A stretch of 64,000 nt of DNA from Bacteroidales bacterium (GTDB lineage: Bacteria > Bacteroidota > Bacteroidia > Bacteroidales > WCHB1-69), in NCBI GenBank assembly GCA_017554325.1, contig JAFZIP010000007.1, positions 8,976 to 72,975 on the forward strand. The letters are read 5' to 3'. The notes under the pieces were generated by a model, which did not search any database, was not told where the DNA came from, and was given only the letters and a program-made list of their open reading frames with translations. The stretch's first letter is position 1, and each line of letters opens with the position of its first letter. Of this stretch, positions 18,726-28,900 are shown in pieces. The translations under genes were made by a program, and so were the position numbers.

Positions 18726-20501
18726 CTAGCTATTCATCGCACTCAAAAACTCCTCATTGTCCTTCGTATCCTCCATATTCTCCTTGATAAAGGTCATGGC
18801 TTCGATAGTGGTCATGTCGGCAATGTGGTTGCGCAGGATCCAGACTTTCTGGAGGGTGGCAGGCGACTGCAGGAGGTCGTCGCGGCGCGTGCTGGAGGCC
18901 ACGAGGTCAACAGCCGGATAGATGCGCTTGTTGGAGAGCTTGCGGTCTAGTTGCAACTCCATGTTTCCGGTACCCTTGAACTCCTCGAAGATCACCTCGT
19001 CCATGCGGGATCCAGTGTCGATGAGGGCGGTGGAGATAATGGTGAGTGAACCGCCGTTTTCCACGTTACGGGCGGCGCCGAAGAAGCGTTTGGGCTTTTG
19101 CAAAGCGTTGGCTTCCACGCCGCCGGAAAGCACCTTGCCGGATGCCGGTGCGATGGTGTTGAACGCACGCGCCAGACGCGTGATGGAGTCCAACAGGATG
19201 CACACGTCATGGCCGCATTCCACCATGCGTTTGGCTTTTTCCAGTACCATGTTGGCAATTTTCACGTGTCGCTCGGCGGGTTCGTCGAAGGTGGAAGAGA
19301 TAACCTCCGCATTCACGCTGCGCTGCATGTCTGTGACCTCCTCGGGACGCTCGTCAATGAGCAGCACGATAAGGTAGATTTCCGGATGGTTGTACGCGAT
19401 GGCGTTGGCCACATCTTTCAGCAATACCGTCTTACCCGTTTTGGGCTGGGCCACGATTAAGCCGCGCTGGCCTTTGCCGATGGGCGCGAACAGGTCGATG
19501 ACGCGCGTGGAGATGTTGCAGCCCGGATGACCCGTCAGGTTGATTTTTTCGTCCGGGAACATCGGCGTAAGGTAGTCGAACGGAATACGGTCGCGGATAT
19601 CCTCGGGATTGCAGCCGTTGATCTTCTCCACCTTCGTCAGCGGGAAGTATTTCTCACCGGCTTTCGGCGGACGGATCTGGCCATATATGGTGTCGCCGTT
19701 CTTCAAGCCGAACAGCTTGATCTGCGACATGGAAACGTAAATGTCGTCGGGAGAGGTGAGGTAGTTGTAGTCGGAGGAACGCAGGAAACCGCAGTTGTCG
19801 CTGGTGATTTCCAATACGCCTTCGGCGGATACCGCACCGTCGTATTGCGAGTCGGCCAGTATGCGCATCTGCTCTTCAAGGAATAGCTCTTCTTGGGTCT
19901 TGGCAGGTGCGGGTGGGGTAGTGGCCTTCTGCTCGGCAGGCTTGGATTGATTATCGGGTTTATTATGTTTGTCTTGCTTTTTCTGCTTGAAATTGCCTTT
20001 TGGATTGTTGTTCTCGTGGTTGGCTGGCTTGGATTCTTGCTCCGTGGCCTCGGTTTTTTCCACGGCTTCTTCTTTTACCTCCGTTTCATTGGGCTCTACA
20101 ACAGGGGCGACCTCCGGCAAGGGGTTCTTTCTGGGACGACCGCGTTTTTTCTTGACGGGAACTTCGGGCTCAGCCACTAAACTTTGATCTGTTCTTGCCT
20201 CTTGCTGGACATTCTCCACGGGAGCGGCTGCGGGTTCCTCTGTTTTTTTCTTGCGACCGCGTTTGGGTTTCTCGGCAGGCGCAATGGGATTGGCCATCAT
20301 CACCACTTCCTCTTGTACGGAAGGGGGTGTGACAACCTCGTTCACCGGCTGCTCGTGACGCTCTTTGATGAACACCACAGGTTTCTTTTCCGGCAATACT
20401 ACTTTTTCAGTGACTTTGTTTTGGTTTGAAGAGCCTGCGGGTATAGGTTTTGCAGTACTAATTCTTCGTCTCTTAGGTCTATTTTCAACGGACTCTGACA
20501 T
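18726..20501 (-). CDS. rho: Transcription termination factor Rho with long N-terminal disordered region
   Basis: [63 protein letters not shown]. Confidence 0.97.
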   Translation of the reverse strand: MSESVENRPKRRRISTAKPIPAGSSNQNKVTEKVVLPEKKPVVFIKERHEQPVNEVVTPPSVQEEVVMMANPIAPAEKPKRGRKKKTEEPAAAPVENVQQEARTDQSLVAEPEVPVKKKRGRPRKNPLPEVAPVVEPNETEVKEEAVEKTEATEQESKPANHENNNPKGNFKQKKQDKHNKPDNQSKPAEQKATTPPAPAKTQEELFLEEQMRILADSQYDGAVSAEGVLEITSDNCGFLRSSDYNYLTSPDDIYVSMSQIKLFGLKNGDTIYGQIRPPKAGEKYFPLTKVEKINGCNPEDIRDRIPFDYLTPMFPDEKINLTGHPGCNISTRVIDLFAPIGKGQRGLIVAQPKTGKTVLLKDVANAIAYNHPEIYLIVLLIDERPEEVTDMQRSVNAEVISSTFDEPAERHVKIANMVLEKAKRMVECGHDVCILLDSITRLARAFNTIAPASGKVLSGGVEANALQKPKRFFGAARNVENGGSLTIISTALIDTGSRMDEVIFEEFKGTGNMELQLDRKLSNKRIYPAVDLVASSTRRDDLLQSPATLQKVWILRNHIADMTTIEAMTFIKENMEDTKDNEEFLSAMNS

Positions 20502-20630
20502 TGTTTTAAGAATTTGTAGAATAGGATTTTCTTGCTATATGTGGAGAAACACCCGAAGAGGATAAGGACAGGTTGTTGTTCCTCCTGCAAAAGACGCGCA
20601 AAGATACATTTTTTTTTAAAAGTTTGGAAT

Positions 20631-20664
20631 AAAAAAAAATGGCTGCGTTTCCGCAGCCATTTTT
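20631..20664 (-). terminator. Intrinsic terminator downstream of the giant surface-protein gene
   Basis: AAAATGGCTGCG-TTTC(C)-GCAGCCATTTT with an A9 run (U-tract on the minus strand). Confidence 0.8.
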
Positions 20665-20683
20665 CGTATATGGAGTATTTATA

Positions 20684-23600
20684 TTACTCGTTTTTTATTT
20701 TCTCTTTCACGCAACGGACGCTGAAAGCGTGGTTCGGTGAGCTATCCAAAATCTGCCACATGTAGCAGTTACAGTCAGCCATGAAGGTTCTGGGTTGTGC
20801 GCTACCAGTAAGGTCGGCACTCCAGAAGTAGGCGTTACCGAGGATGTTCTCGAAACGTGCTCTATCGCTGTTGTAAGCGCCGCCCGGCAGGATGGAGAAG
20901 TTGGTGCTGTTGTTACCACCGCCATCCAACCAGTATTCGCGAGCACGGAGTTCGTTCATGTCAATACCTTCCATGGTGAGGTAGTGTTCAGGAGCAGGCA
21001 TGAACCAACCCTCAGGGCAGATACCTTCCACGTGGCCGAACTCGTTGACGGTCGGCATGGTGTTGGAACCTTCAGCTATGCCCATGCAGGAGTACCAGGA
21101 GTAGAGACGACCGAAAGTGTTGGCTGTGTTTTCAGTGTTCGGGAACTCGTTGCTTACATAGACCATTGCCTTGGCTACCGGTGTGCCGTCTGCATAGTTC
21201 TGAGTCTTCAGATTCTCACGCATCCAGCAGTTCCAGCCCATTCTCACAGTGTGGTATTCATTGCCGTCAACGTCGGTGACGTAGAAATGATCCTCGTCGC
21301 CGCAAGGAGGAAGTTCGAAGGTGAGAACCTGCTCTTTGCTGTGGGTGTTGCCGCACATATCCACAACGTCCCATATAATGGTGGCGCTCAAGTCCGTGAT
21401 GCTGTTGACAGGAATCTTGTTGCCTGTAATGCCGCGGATAATGATGGTATCGATATGAACCTCAGGTACAACTTCACCATTGTGCATCAGGTCGGGTTTT
21501 TGCACCGAATCGATAAGTATAAAGTTGTCACCATAGTTGAGCACATAGTGGCTTTCATTGAGACGCAGGGTGTCTGCTTCGAATTTATAGACCACAATGT
21601 CCATGGAATCCACTGTTGTACAACCGTTCTGGTTGACCATGATGTAATGACGTGCGGAATGTTTGGCTTCTTCTGCCACGTAGTTCAGCGTGTCCTCATT
21701 GCCCAGAACGTAATCTTTGGTGTACCACTTGATGCGGTCTTCCTCATTAATCTGGAAGAAGTTGCAACCGGTGGTATCTACCACAAACTGCATATCGGCG
21801 CCCTCGCACACCGTGTCTTTGCCGATGGTCTGCTGGAAGGTCGGTACTCTACGAACCGTGATGGAACCGTCTTTTCTTACGTTGGCCTGAGAACAACGGG
21901 AGTCAGGATTAGCCACAATTCTGTAGCCGGCGAAACCACCTTCAGACATACGTCCAGTGATTTTGATGGTATCTACTTGATTGCCGGTGGTTTTGGTGTC
22001 TGTCAAACCCTCGTGGTCGGTCAGCCAAGTGAAGTTGTAGCTGGTGGCGTTTGCAATGAGCAACTCATTGTTGACCGTATCGTGACCGCAAATACCCATG
22101 TTGAGTTCACCTTGGGTGATGGTGATGGTCGGGTTCTTCACCACTTCCACGTTGAACGGACCCCATACAGAGTCACACATGGTGGTCTGTTCCACTGCCA
22201 CGATCTTATAGATGGAAGATTGAGTCGGGGTTTTGGTAAGGGTGGTGCTACCTTCAAAAGCGGTAGTGTCATTGGCGGTTTCATCCACCACATAGAACTT
22301 GAAGTAGTTGTCATCGCCCTGGCAGGTGAAGGTCACGTCGTTGCCTTCGCATACGTAGGTCTCGTTGCAGTACTGTGCATAGCCATCCAATTGTGCACGT
22401 ACTGGACGGTCACCCAAAATCATCACGTTATCTACGGTGATGTAGCTGGGCAGATATTTGGAACCTGAGAATGTACCACAAGATTGTGTGCTACCTGGAT
22501 TACCGCCAATGAATTCAACTTTCAAATAGACCACCTCATGATCGAGTGTGTTGGCTGTGGAGAAATTCAAAGTTTGAGAGGCCCAATTGGTTGAAGTGAT
22601 GTTGGCAGTACCAATAGTGTTGTAATTGTCTGTTTCGTTGAATTTGTACGAATATCTCACTTGGTTGAAAGCCTGAGCATTGTTGGTGGAAGCATTCTCA
22701 CGCTTATAATCAAACATTAATCTCAGATTTTCGTAATCGTACGGATTCAATTTAATCTCGAAGTAAGCACCACTAAAATCATCATAAGAAGCTGAAATAC
22801 GATAACCACTGCATCCACTTGCCAAGTTAGGCCAGCGTAAAGCTCCGTTGTTCGAAGATCCGGAATAGCAATAGTCGCTTGATGGTGCTTTACCTGTAAC
22901 AGTTGCAAATGGAGGTACATTAGAGGCTCCCTCCACCATGAATGAACTTCCCTCCGTCTTTGCACCGCAGGCAGGAACATAATTTGTGATACCATTATCC
23001 ATGGGCCATGCAGCCAGTATGACATCATCTTCATCAACAAGCGTCTGGCGGACACTGCTCGTGATTAACGTAAGACGGTAAATACTGTCGCAGCCCGTAG
23101 AACATTTCCACGTTGGGTCTGAGGTGTAATAGGTAATACCCTCTTCCGTGGGGGTGATGTCAAAACCGTACATGTTGTATGTCTCACCCAAACAGATATG
23201 GGCCACCACAGTGGTATCAAATGCCTTGAGTACATCCAAAATTAAGGTAATAACACTGTCGCATTGATTCTCGGTGGTGGGAATACTCAATTGACAAGTA
23301 TGAGTGCCGGGGGTACGCATCTCTTCAGCAGTAGGCGTAACAATGAACATACCGTCCACATATTGGCAGTCATCGGTAAATGTGATGTTGGAAACATGAT
23401 CTATCTCGTTGGAACAAACATAACCGTGACGGACAAGGTCCAAACGATAAGCTGGTACAATACCATGAACATTTAACGTTGCAGACTGTCCGCAAGGATC
23501 GCTACCTACGCTAACTTTATATTGATAATCACCCGCTTGAACCTCGTTATCTACTAAGACATTGGATGTTTCATCCAAAACTGTACTTGTACCACCTACA

Positions 23601-26600
23601 ATTCTCTCCCATTTGTACACGATGGGTGTAGTGACATGAGGATTGACATTGGTGTTGGTGTAAGGAGGAGTGGCAACTAATGTGAGAGACTGGTTTGTAC
23701 AAGCTTCTGTTTCACCATCTAATTCCAATTCGTTAAGCTGAGTTCCTGAGATGCAGAGGTTGTCAATCAAGAAATAATTGGTATAAGCTGATAGTCCAAC
23801 GGCTTCGGATTTTTTTGCACCGCTAAAAACGAATTTCAAAAACACATTGTCGGCATTTTCTATTGCAAAGGAAGATTGCGCTGAAAGATTCACCTCATAA
23901 CTACCGTAAGTTCTTTCTTGTTCTAACAATTCAATGGATAAAATAGGCAAGTCTGTGTAGTGAGTTCCATCTACGCTGTAAGAAATCTGGACAGTGGTGA
24001 ATCCATGGTCGTTACTGCTCCATGTATCCACAAGCCCAACTTGAAAATGTGTTCTATCTACTCCATAATCAAATTTCAATTTCACATTGCCATATCCGGA
24101 AGTGCTGGTTTTTACTAAAATATTCTTTCCGTTATTCATGTTCAATGTGCCACCTAAAAGACTAGTAGTATATGTTCCGTTGATCAAGCCAAGTGAACTA
24201 CCGCTTCCAGATATCAAACTTGAACTGCTGCTTAAGTTGTCATCAGCTCTATTGGAGCCATTCCATCCGCTATAGGTAATCTGTGAGCCAGAGACAGAAC
24301 CGGCAACATCAGCACTAATCGGAGAAGAAACGCTGCTGAAAGTGGTCCAGCCGGCAATCAGCGATTCGTTCTCTTCAAAACCGAACTGGTTCCACTCGTG
24401 TACGTACAGATTCAAGGTTACCACACTGTCGCAACCGGTCACAGTCTGCAGGGTTCGGGTGTAACTGCCGCTCTCGCTGAAGCTGTAGCTATTTCCCATC
24501 TGGTCGCTAATGGTGTAACTGCCGCCGCAAATGGTTTGGTTATCAGTCACGGCATATTTAGGATTCACTTGGATGCTGCCGTCAAAGAAATTGGGGGCGG
24601 CGCAAACTGTGGTGTCATTTGGAAGCAATGCTACATGGTAGGTAAAGGTTCCGGTCTCAGTGGGGTTGCCGGCAATAGTTGTGAAACCGTTTGCGTTCGT
24701 CACCGTCACACCAGCAGGCTGGTGTGGATCAAACGTCACCTGAGGAGTACAGTCGCCGGAATGTTTGAATGAAACAGCAACCATGGCGCTGTTCTGGCAA
24801 ACATCCTGATTCAGATCCAAAACGTCATTCTCAAGGCTGAGGTGGGCGGTGTAGGTGATAGTGAGCATAACAGGTACGCGGGCACCCAAACAGCCGTTGT
24901 CCGGGTTGAATTGGGCCACGTAGTAGGTGAAGACATCCTCATCGGCGAGTGATGCGGTTGGAGCTTCAATGGTATCCGTAGAAGTGGCATCTGCATACCA
25001 ATATAACTCGTAACTCGGATCGGTGGTGGTCACCATGGTGGTAAAAGCCGTGTCAACGCTGTTAGGCGCAGGACATATAGGCGCATAATCGCTTACAATA
25101 GGAATAGGCAATTCAATGATGCTCAACGTAGTAGGGCCGCTGGTGGCTTCGCAACCTTGTGCATTGCTGATTTTGGTTCTGTATTGCACATCGCCAGTTA
25201 CCACGAAGTTACCGGCCGTTATCTCGTTGCCTGTGGTATTGCTGCTGTAGGTGGCTTGAGAAGCGGCTGTATCTACCCAATCAGTAGTAGCATCTCCACC
25301 AGCAGGCAGGAATTCCCAAGTGTAAGTGTAGCTGCCCACTCCACCTTGAATGGTACCAGCCTCCATCGTGACTTCACTGTTGGGGCAGATAGGTCCATTA
25401 GCGCCAATGTTGGGAGCTCCGATAGTGGGAGCGTCCACCACGGTGATGTCAGTGGTGTCTGTGGAGATTACACACTCCGGCAAACCAAAGTAGGTCAAAT
25501 TCAGATAGAAATTGTAGTTGCCGTCATAGTAGATGTTCAGACGCATCGTATCTCCATGCATGTCCGGAACTTGACTGAAATTGATGCCATCATCAGACGT
25601 CAGCCATTTAAATGTAGGATAGATATAATCTTGGTCAATATTATCAAGTTCAAAATTGTCGCTTCCGATCACTAATTTTCCGCCTTCGCATAATTGGGTG
25701 TAGTTGGCGGAAATGGTAGGATTATAATTGCTTAAATCAACCACGACAACGGTATCCTCGCCAGCAGAAACTACCGGTACGGCGCAGTCGGCTATCGTGA
25801 CATAGCGTTTGAAAACGTAAGTGCCGGCGGCCAGGTTTTGTGCGGTGTAGGATGCGGAATTGCTGTTGTCAATAGTGGTTTCTTCGCCTCCGTCCTTGCT
25901 GAATTTCCAAATGTAGGTTACAGTACTGGCACTGTATTCCGGTTCTGCTTCCGTTGCATTTTCAATCGTAATGGAGGCTGTTGTACAGGCGTATTGGCTG
26001 CCAGAGGTAATGGCGCCGGGAGTGTTCAAACCCCTTACCTTAACTGAATAAGTTCCTCCGGAGATCACAGTCTGGCTATTGGCGGTGATGTAACGGTGGA
26101 ACTGGTAGGTGCCCATTTGGTTGAGCGTCATGTCTCCTTGGTTCAATGTGGCCGAGGTGGCATTAGGGACAGCTTGCCAATTGCCATTGTTGAAGGCGTA
26201 TTCCCAAGAATAGACGACATCTCCCACAGCTGCGGTTTCTTCCGTGACACTATAATCGCCGCAGGGGTCTATAGTTTCTGTAATGGTTGTAATGGCACCA
26301 GCGTAAGCCCAGTGTGCGTAGAGGGTAACATTGCTGGTGGAGGTGCATGGGTCATCGGCAGTCACTTGCGTGCCGCCTGTGGCCTCTGTAAACCAGCCAA
26401 GGAAAATGTAACCTTCTCCACGACTGGGAGTTGTCAGATCGTTTCCGTATGTGTTGTAATAAAGCACATCAAAAGTTTCAGCAGCAGGAGCACCTATGTA
26501 GTTCAAATCCAAAGATACGGTAAGGGTGAGAATTTCGTATGTGATGGTGATTTTGCCGTTGCCACCACTACTTCCATCGGTAGTCCCAATGTTCCAGCAG

Positions 26601-27199
26601 CTTCTCGCTGCACCATTACCTCCATTACCAGCTCCATTAGCACCTGTGCCACCAGTACCTGCAGTGTAAGAACCTCCAACGCCTAAAGTTGGGTTAGTCA
26701 CCGTACATTTTCCTCCCTGACTTCCAGAGGTGTTAGTTGTCCCTTGAGAAGCAGTTCCGCCCGCACCTCCAGATTTTTCTCCTTTGCCTGTTTGTGATTG
26801 GCCACCTTTTCCACCCCCTGCATTAGCTAATGTGGATCCGTTATAAGTAACCTTACTGTCGCCACCATTAGAGCCAGAACCTCCTCCAGTACCTACTTGA
26901 ATAGTTACAGTGCGGACTGATTCTGTGGCTTTTTCAGTTGTGTTTTTGCAATAAGCACCGCCACCGCCACCAGACCCGGCTCCGTGCCTATTAGCTGATG
27001 CTGTCGCTGCGCCGCCGCCGCCACCAGCACCCCAGGCTTCGACATTTGTTATTTTCCATGTACCATCGGGCAAATTCCAAGTTTGGCTGGAAGTAAACTC
27101 CTGAGTTTTAGTCTCAGTGTTTTGGTTCTGCGCCCGTGCGACACCCGTTAGCAGGCAACACAGAATCGCAGTCAAGGTTAAGGTTAAAAAATGTTTCAT
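20684..27199 (-). CDS. 2171-aa secreted multidomain surface protein: Gly-rich domain, InlB B-repeat, Ig-like repeats, two jelly-roll-like modules, C-terminal Fib_succ_major (FISUMP) domain
   Basis: Signal peptide ending ARA-Q; EAWGAGGGGG...SGGGGGAY; GYIFLGWFTEATGG...TLYAHW; GCDSVVTLNL motifs; DVDGNEYHTVRMGWNCWMRENLK...GRLYSW...GICPEGW...FSVRCVKE. Confidence 0.8.
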   Translation of the reverse strand: MKHFLTLTLTAILCCLLTGVARAQNQNTETKTQEFTSSQTWNLPDGTWKITNVEAWGAGGGGGAATASANRHGAGSGGGGGAYCKNTTEKATESVRTVTIQVGTGGGSGSNGGDSKVTYNGSTLANAGGGKGGQSQTGKGEKSGGAGGTASQGTTNTSGSQGGKCTVTNPTLGVGGSYTAGTGGTGANGAGNGGNGAARSCWNIGTTDGSSGGNGKITITYEILTLTVSLDLNYIGAPAAETFDVLYYNTYGNDLTTPSRGEGYIFLGWFTEATGGTQVTADDPCTSTSNVTLYAHWAYAGAITTITETIDPCGDYSVTEETAAVGDVVYSWEYAFNNGNWQAVPNATSATLNQGDMTLNQMGTYQFHRYITANSQTVISGGTYSVKVRGLNTPGAITSGSQYACTTASITIENATEAEPEYSASTVTYIWKFSKDGGEETTIDNSNSASYTAQNLAAGTYVFKRYVTIADCAVPVVSAGEDTVVVVDLSNYNPTISANYTQLCEGGKLVIGSDNFELDNIDQDYIYPTFKWLTSDDGINFSQVPDMHGDTMRLNIYYDGNYNFYLNLTYFGLPECVISTDTTDITVVDAPTIGAPNIGANGPICPNSEVTMEAGTIQGGVGSYTYTWEFLPAGGDATTDWVDTAASQATYSSNTTGNEITAGNFVVTGDVQYRTKISNAQGCEATSGPTTLSIIELPIPIVSDYAPICPAPNSVDTAFTTMVTTTDPSYELYWYADATSTDTIEAPTASLADEDVFTYYVAQFNPDNGCLGARVPVMLTITYTAHLSLENDVLDLNQDVCQNSAMVAVSFKHSGDCTPQVTFDPHQPAGVTVTNANGFTTIAGNPTETGTFTYHVALLPNDTTVCAAPNFFDGSIQVNPKYAVTDNQTICGGSYTISDQMGNSYSFSESGSYTRTLQTVTGCDSVVTLNLYVHEWNQFGFEENESLIAGWTTFSSVSSPISADVAGSVSGSQITYSGWNGSNRADDNLSSSSSLISGSGSSLGLINGTYTTSLLGGTLNMNNGKNILVKTSTSGYGNVKLKFDYGVDRTHFQVGLVDTWSSNDHGFTTVQISYSVDGTHYTDLPILSIELLEQERTYGSYEVNLSAQSSFAIENADNVFLKFVFSGAKKSEAVGLSAYTNYFLIDNLCISGTQLNELELDGETEACTNQSLTLVATPPYTNTNVNPHVTTPIVYKWERIVGGTSTVLDETSNVLVDNEVQAGDYQYKVSVGSDPCGQSATLNVHGIVPAYRLDLVRHGYVCSNEIDHVSNITFTDDCQYVDGMFIVTPTAEEMRTPGTHTCQLSIPTTENQCDSVITLILDVLKAFDTTVVAHICLGETYNMYGFDITPTEEGITYYTSDPTWKCSTGCDSIYRLTLITSSVRQTLVDEDDVILAAWPMDNGITNYVPACGAKTEGSSFMVEGASNVPPFATVTGKAPSSDYCYSGSSNNGALRWPNLASGCSGYRISASYDDFSGAYFEIKLNPYDYENLRLMFDYKRENASTNNAQAFNQVRYSYKFNETDNYNTIGTANITSTNWASQTLNFSTANTLDHEVVYLKVEFIGGNPGSTQSCGTFSGSKYLPSYITVDNVMILGDRPVRAQLDGYAQYCNETYVCEGNDVTFTCQGDDNYFKFYVVDETANDTTAFEGSTTLTKTPTQSSIYKIVAVEQTTMCDSVWGPFNVEVVKNPTITITQGELNMGICGHDTVNNELLIANATSYNFTWLTDHEGLTDTKTTGNQVDTIKITGRMSEGGFAGYRIVANPDSRCSQANVRKDGSITVRRVPTFQQTIGKDTVCEGADMQFVVDTTGCNFFQINEEDRIKWYTKDYVLGNEDTLNYVAEEAKHSARHYIMVNQNGCTTVDSMDIVVYKFEADTLRLNESHYVLNYGDNFILIDSVQKPDLMHNGEVVPEVHIDTIIIRGITGNKIPVNSITDLSATIIWDVVDMCGNTHSKEQVLTFELPPCGDEDHFYVTDVDGNEYHTVRMGWNCWMRENLKTQNYADGTPVAKAMVYVSNEFPNTENTANTFGRLYSWYSCMGIAEGSNTMPTVNEFGHVEGICPEGWFMPAPEHYLTMEGIDMNELRAREYWLDGGGNNSTNFSILPGGAYNSDRARFENILGNAYFWSADLTGSAQPRTFMADCNCYMWQILDSSPNHAFSVRCVKEKIKNE

Positions 27200-27464
27200 A
27201 GAAGTTTTAGTTTATTTATTATTTTTTTGAATTTTTATCGTATGTTTTTTTACAAATCTAACAATTAACCTGCAAAAATAGCATTTTTTTACATGAAAAA
27301 CACATCTTTGTAAAATTTTTTATTTTATTATTTAATTTTCAATGAATTATAATTAATGAAGAAAGTGGATGTGAGAATTCGTATGATTGCACTTCGGAGT
27401 GCTCTGTGTGCGGAAGAATATGCCGCATGAGTGGGGAAATGTTAACCCACCAGTTGGGGACATA

Positions 27465-27550
27465 AAAAAAAGCACTCGTAAATTTCTTCGCAAGTGCTTC
27501 ATGTTTTGCGCTCCCTCAAGGAATTGAACCTTGGACCCTCTGATTAACAG
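27465..27550 (-). repeat. att-like direct repeat: 3' half of tRNA-Asn (from the anticodon loop) plus terminator
   Basis: 84/86 identical to 28901-28986. Confidence 0.93.
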
Positions 27551-27563
27551 GCTATCGTTAAAA

Positions 27564-28049
27564 TTACAAATTCAACATCCCGAATTTTTGGGTGTAGGGA
27601 ATGTGAATATCGGTGAAGTCAAACGAGACTTTTCCGTTGTCTTTCAGAATGTCATACATTCGTCGGCTTGCCGTGTCAGAGGTCAAGTAGTATGAAGCGG
27701 ATTCGCATTGCGCCTGTATGAGGAGTTTGACATCGTTTTGAATAATAATACGGGCATCCACCTCTAACACGCCCTTTGATTTTGCTTCATACAGTATCTT
27801 CGCACTTTCACCCGATTTGCTGGCATGATATGCGTTGAATGGAGAGAGGAGAATGTTTCGGAGCGGGAGGTTTTGTATGCTATCTTTCACGCAAAATTCA
27901 GCAACGGCTATGGTACTCATCCGCATAATGTAATCGCGTTCAAGAAAATATTGGAAATAACCAAGTGCATTGTTATGCAGGTCGTTGGTTTCGTCAAGCA
28001 GGCGAATCACAAACCCCGTGTCACAAAAAACTATTTTGTCATCCTTCAT
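27564..28049 (-). CDS. PIN-domain (VapC-like) nuclease
   Basis: Acidic quartet: VFCDTG, STIAVAEF, QNDVKL, LTSD; overlaps the upstream gene by 11 bp. Confidence 0.8.
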   Translation of the reverse strand: MKDDKIVFCDTGFVIRLLDETNDLHNNALGYFQYFLERDYIMRMSTIAVAEFCVKDSIQNLPLRNILLSPFNAYHASKSGESAKILYEAKSKGVLEVDARIIIQNDVKLLIQAQCESASYYLTSDTASRRMYDILKDNGKVSFDFTDIHIPYTQKFGMLNL

Positions 28050-28821
28050 AATTCCCTCCTCTTATTTCATGCAAGTATTCGTCCACATCCACACCCGACC
28101 ATATCGGCGTGGAAGCCTCAATCTTTTGTTTCAAATAGTCCATATCAAATTTTGGCTCAAACTCAATCAGTTCCTTCAACTTGAGCGAGGAACTGTCAAT
28201 TGCACCAGTGACAATGTTCTGCTTTGCAACCGCAACAACTCCATATCTCCTGTACAACGGGTTGCCTGGATAGTTTGCAAGATACTCTTTGTCGGCATCT
28301 ATTTTCACCGCACCGTCCTTGGTGTCCAAATGTATGTTGGACTTGTTTTTGCCTCCCGCATCGATAAGTGTGCCGTAATAATAGACCTCGGCATCCACCC
28401 ACAGACTCTCGGTGCGTCGAAGTTCTGTATCCGGGGCGATTCTTACCACTGATTGTTTATTTTCAGAGGAATGTATGTCTAAAGAAAGATTGTTTTGGAC
28501 GGCAAACCGCTGAAAATTCTCGAATGCAACCGCCGTTTTGGGTTCAAGGGCATCCAATGGGTTGGTTGTTGACAGCATCAATGTGAGAATGGAGGCGAAC
28601 TCAACTGCCTTTTGCTTACTGACGGTGAAAATATTCTTCACAGAGCCGTTCTCAACGTGAAAGGTGGCGACAGGACGGTCTTTTTTCTTGTCAAGGTCAA
28701 GCATGGCGGAAGCATACTCCAACACATCACGCATAAGAGTTATATCGTAATTGTCGGGAGTGAGCGGCTCTGCACCATACTTGCCGTCTATGTGTATAAT
28801 GACCTGCCCTTGGTTTTCCAT
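28039..28821 (-). CDS. Uncharacterised 260-aa protein coupled to the PIN gene (putative antitoxin/sensor)
   Basis: Start set at MENQGQ (28821), 20 nt below a TATTTTTG -7 element; stop overlaps the PIN start; C-terminus WSGVDVDEYLHEIRGG. Confidence 0.75.
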   Translation of the reverse strand: MENQGQVIIHIDGKYGAEPLTPDNYDITLMRDVLEYASAMLDLDKKKDRPVATFHVENGSVKNIFTVSKQKAVEFASILTLMLSTTNPLDALEPKTAVAFENFQRFAVQNNLSLDIHSSENKQSVVRIAPDTELRRTESLWVDAEVYYYGTLIDAGGKNKSNIHLDTKDGAVKIDADKEYLANYPGNPLYRRYGVVAVAKQNIVTGAIDSSSLKLKELIEFEPKFDMDYLKQKIEASTPIWSGVDVDEYLHEIRGGNYEG

Positions 28822-28842
28822 TCCTTTTGTTTTTTCAGAATG

Positions 28843-28850
28843 CAAAAATA
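28843..28850 (-). promoter_or_regulatory. -7 promoter element (TATTTTTG) inside the islet
   Basis: caaaaata on the plus strand, 22-29 nt upstream of ATG 28821. Confidence 0.55.
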
Positions 28851-28900
28851 CAACTTTTCTTGATATCCTCACTACACCTCTCCTCCTCAATGAGCCAAAC

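Noticed and set aside
11030-22468. Long antisense ORFs (e.g. 11030-12025, 13405-14778, 17360-18172, 20795-22468)
   Set aside because: They shadow well-supported genes on the opposite strand, as expected from codon bias, and show no recognisable motifs
26550-27100. Prophage tail gene suggested by the Gly-rich domain
   Set aside because: The domain follows a Sec signal peptide within a cellular surface protein; no phage genes nearby
27508-27550. Second tRNA-Asn gene
   Set aside because: Only the 3' half is present (no D arm or 5' acceptor strand); treated as an att repeat
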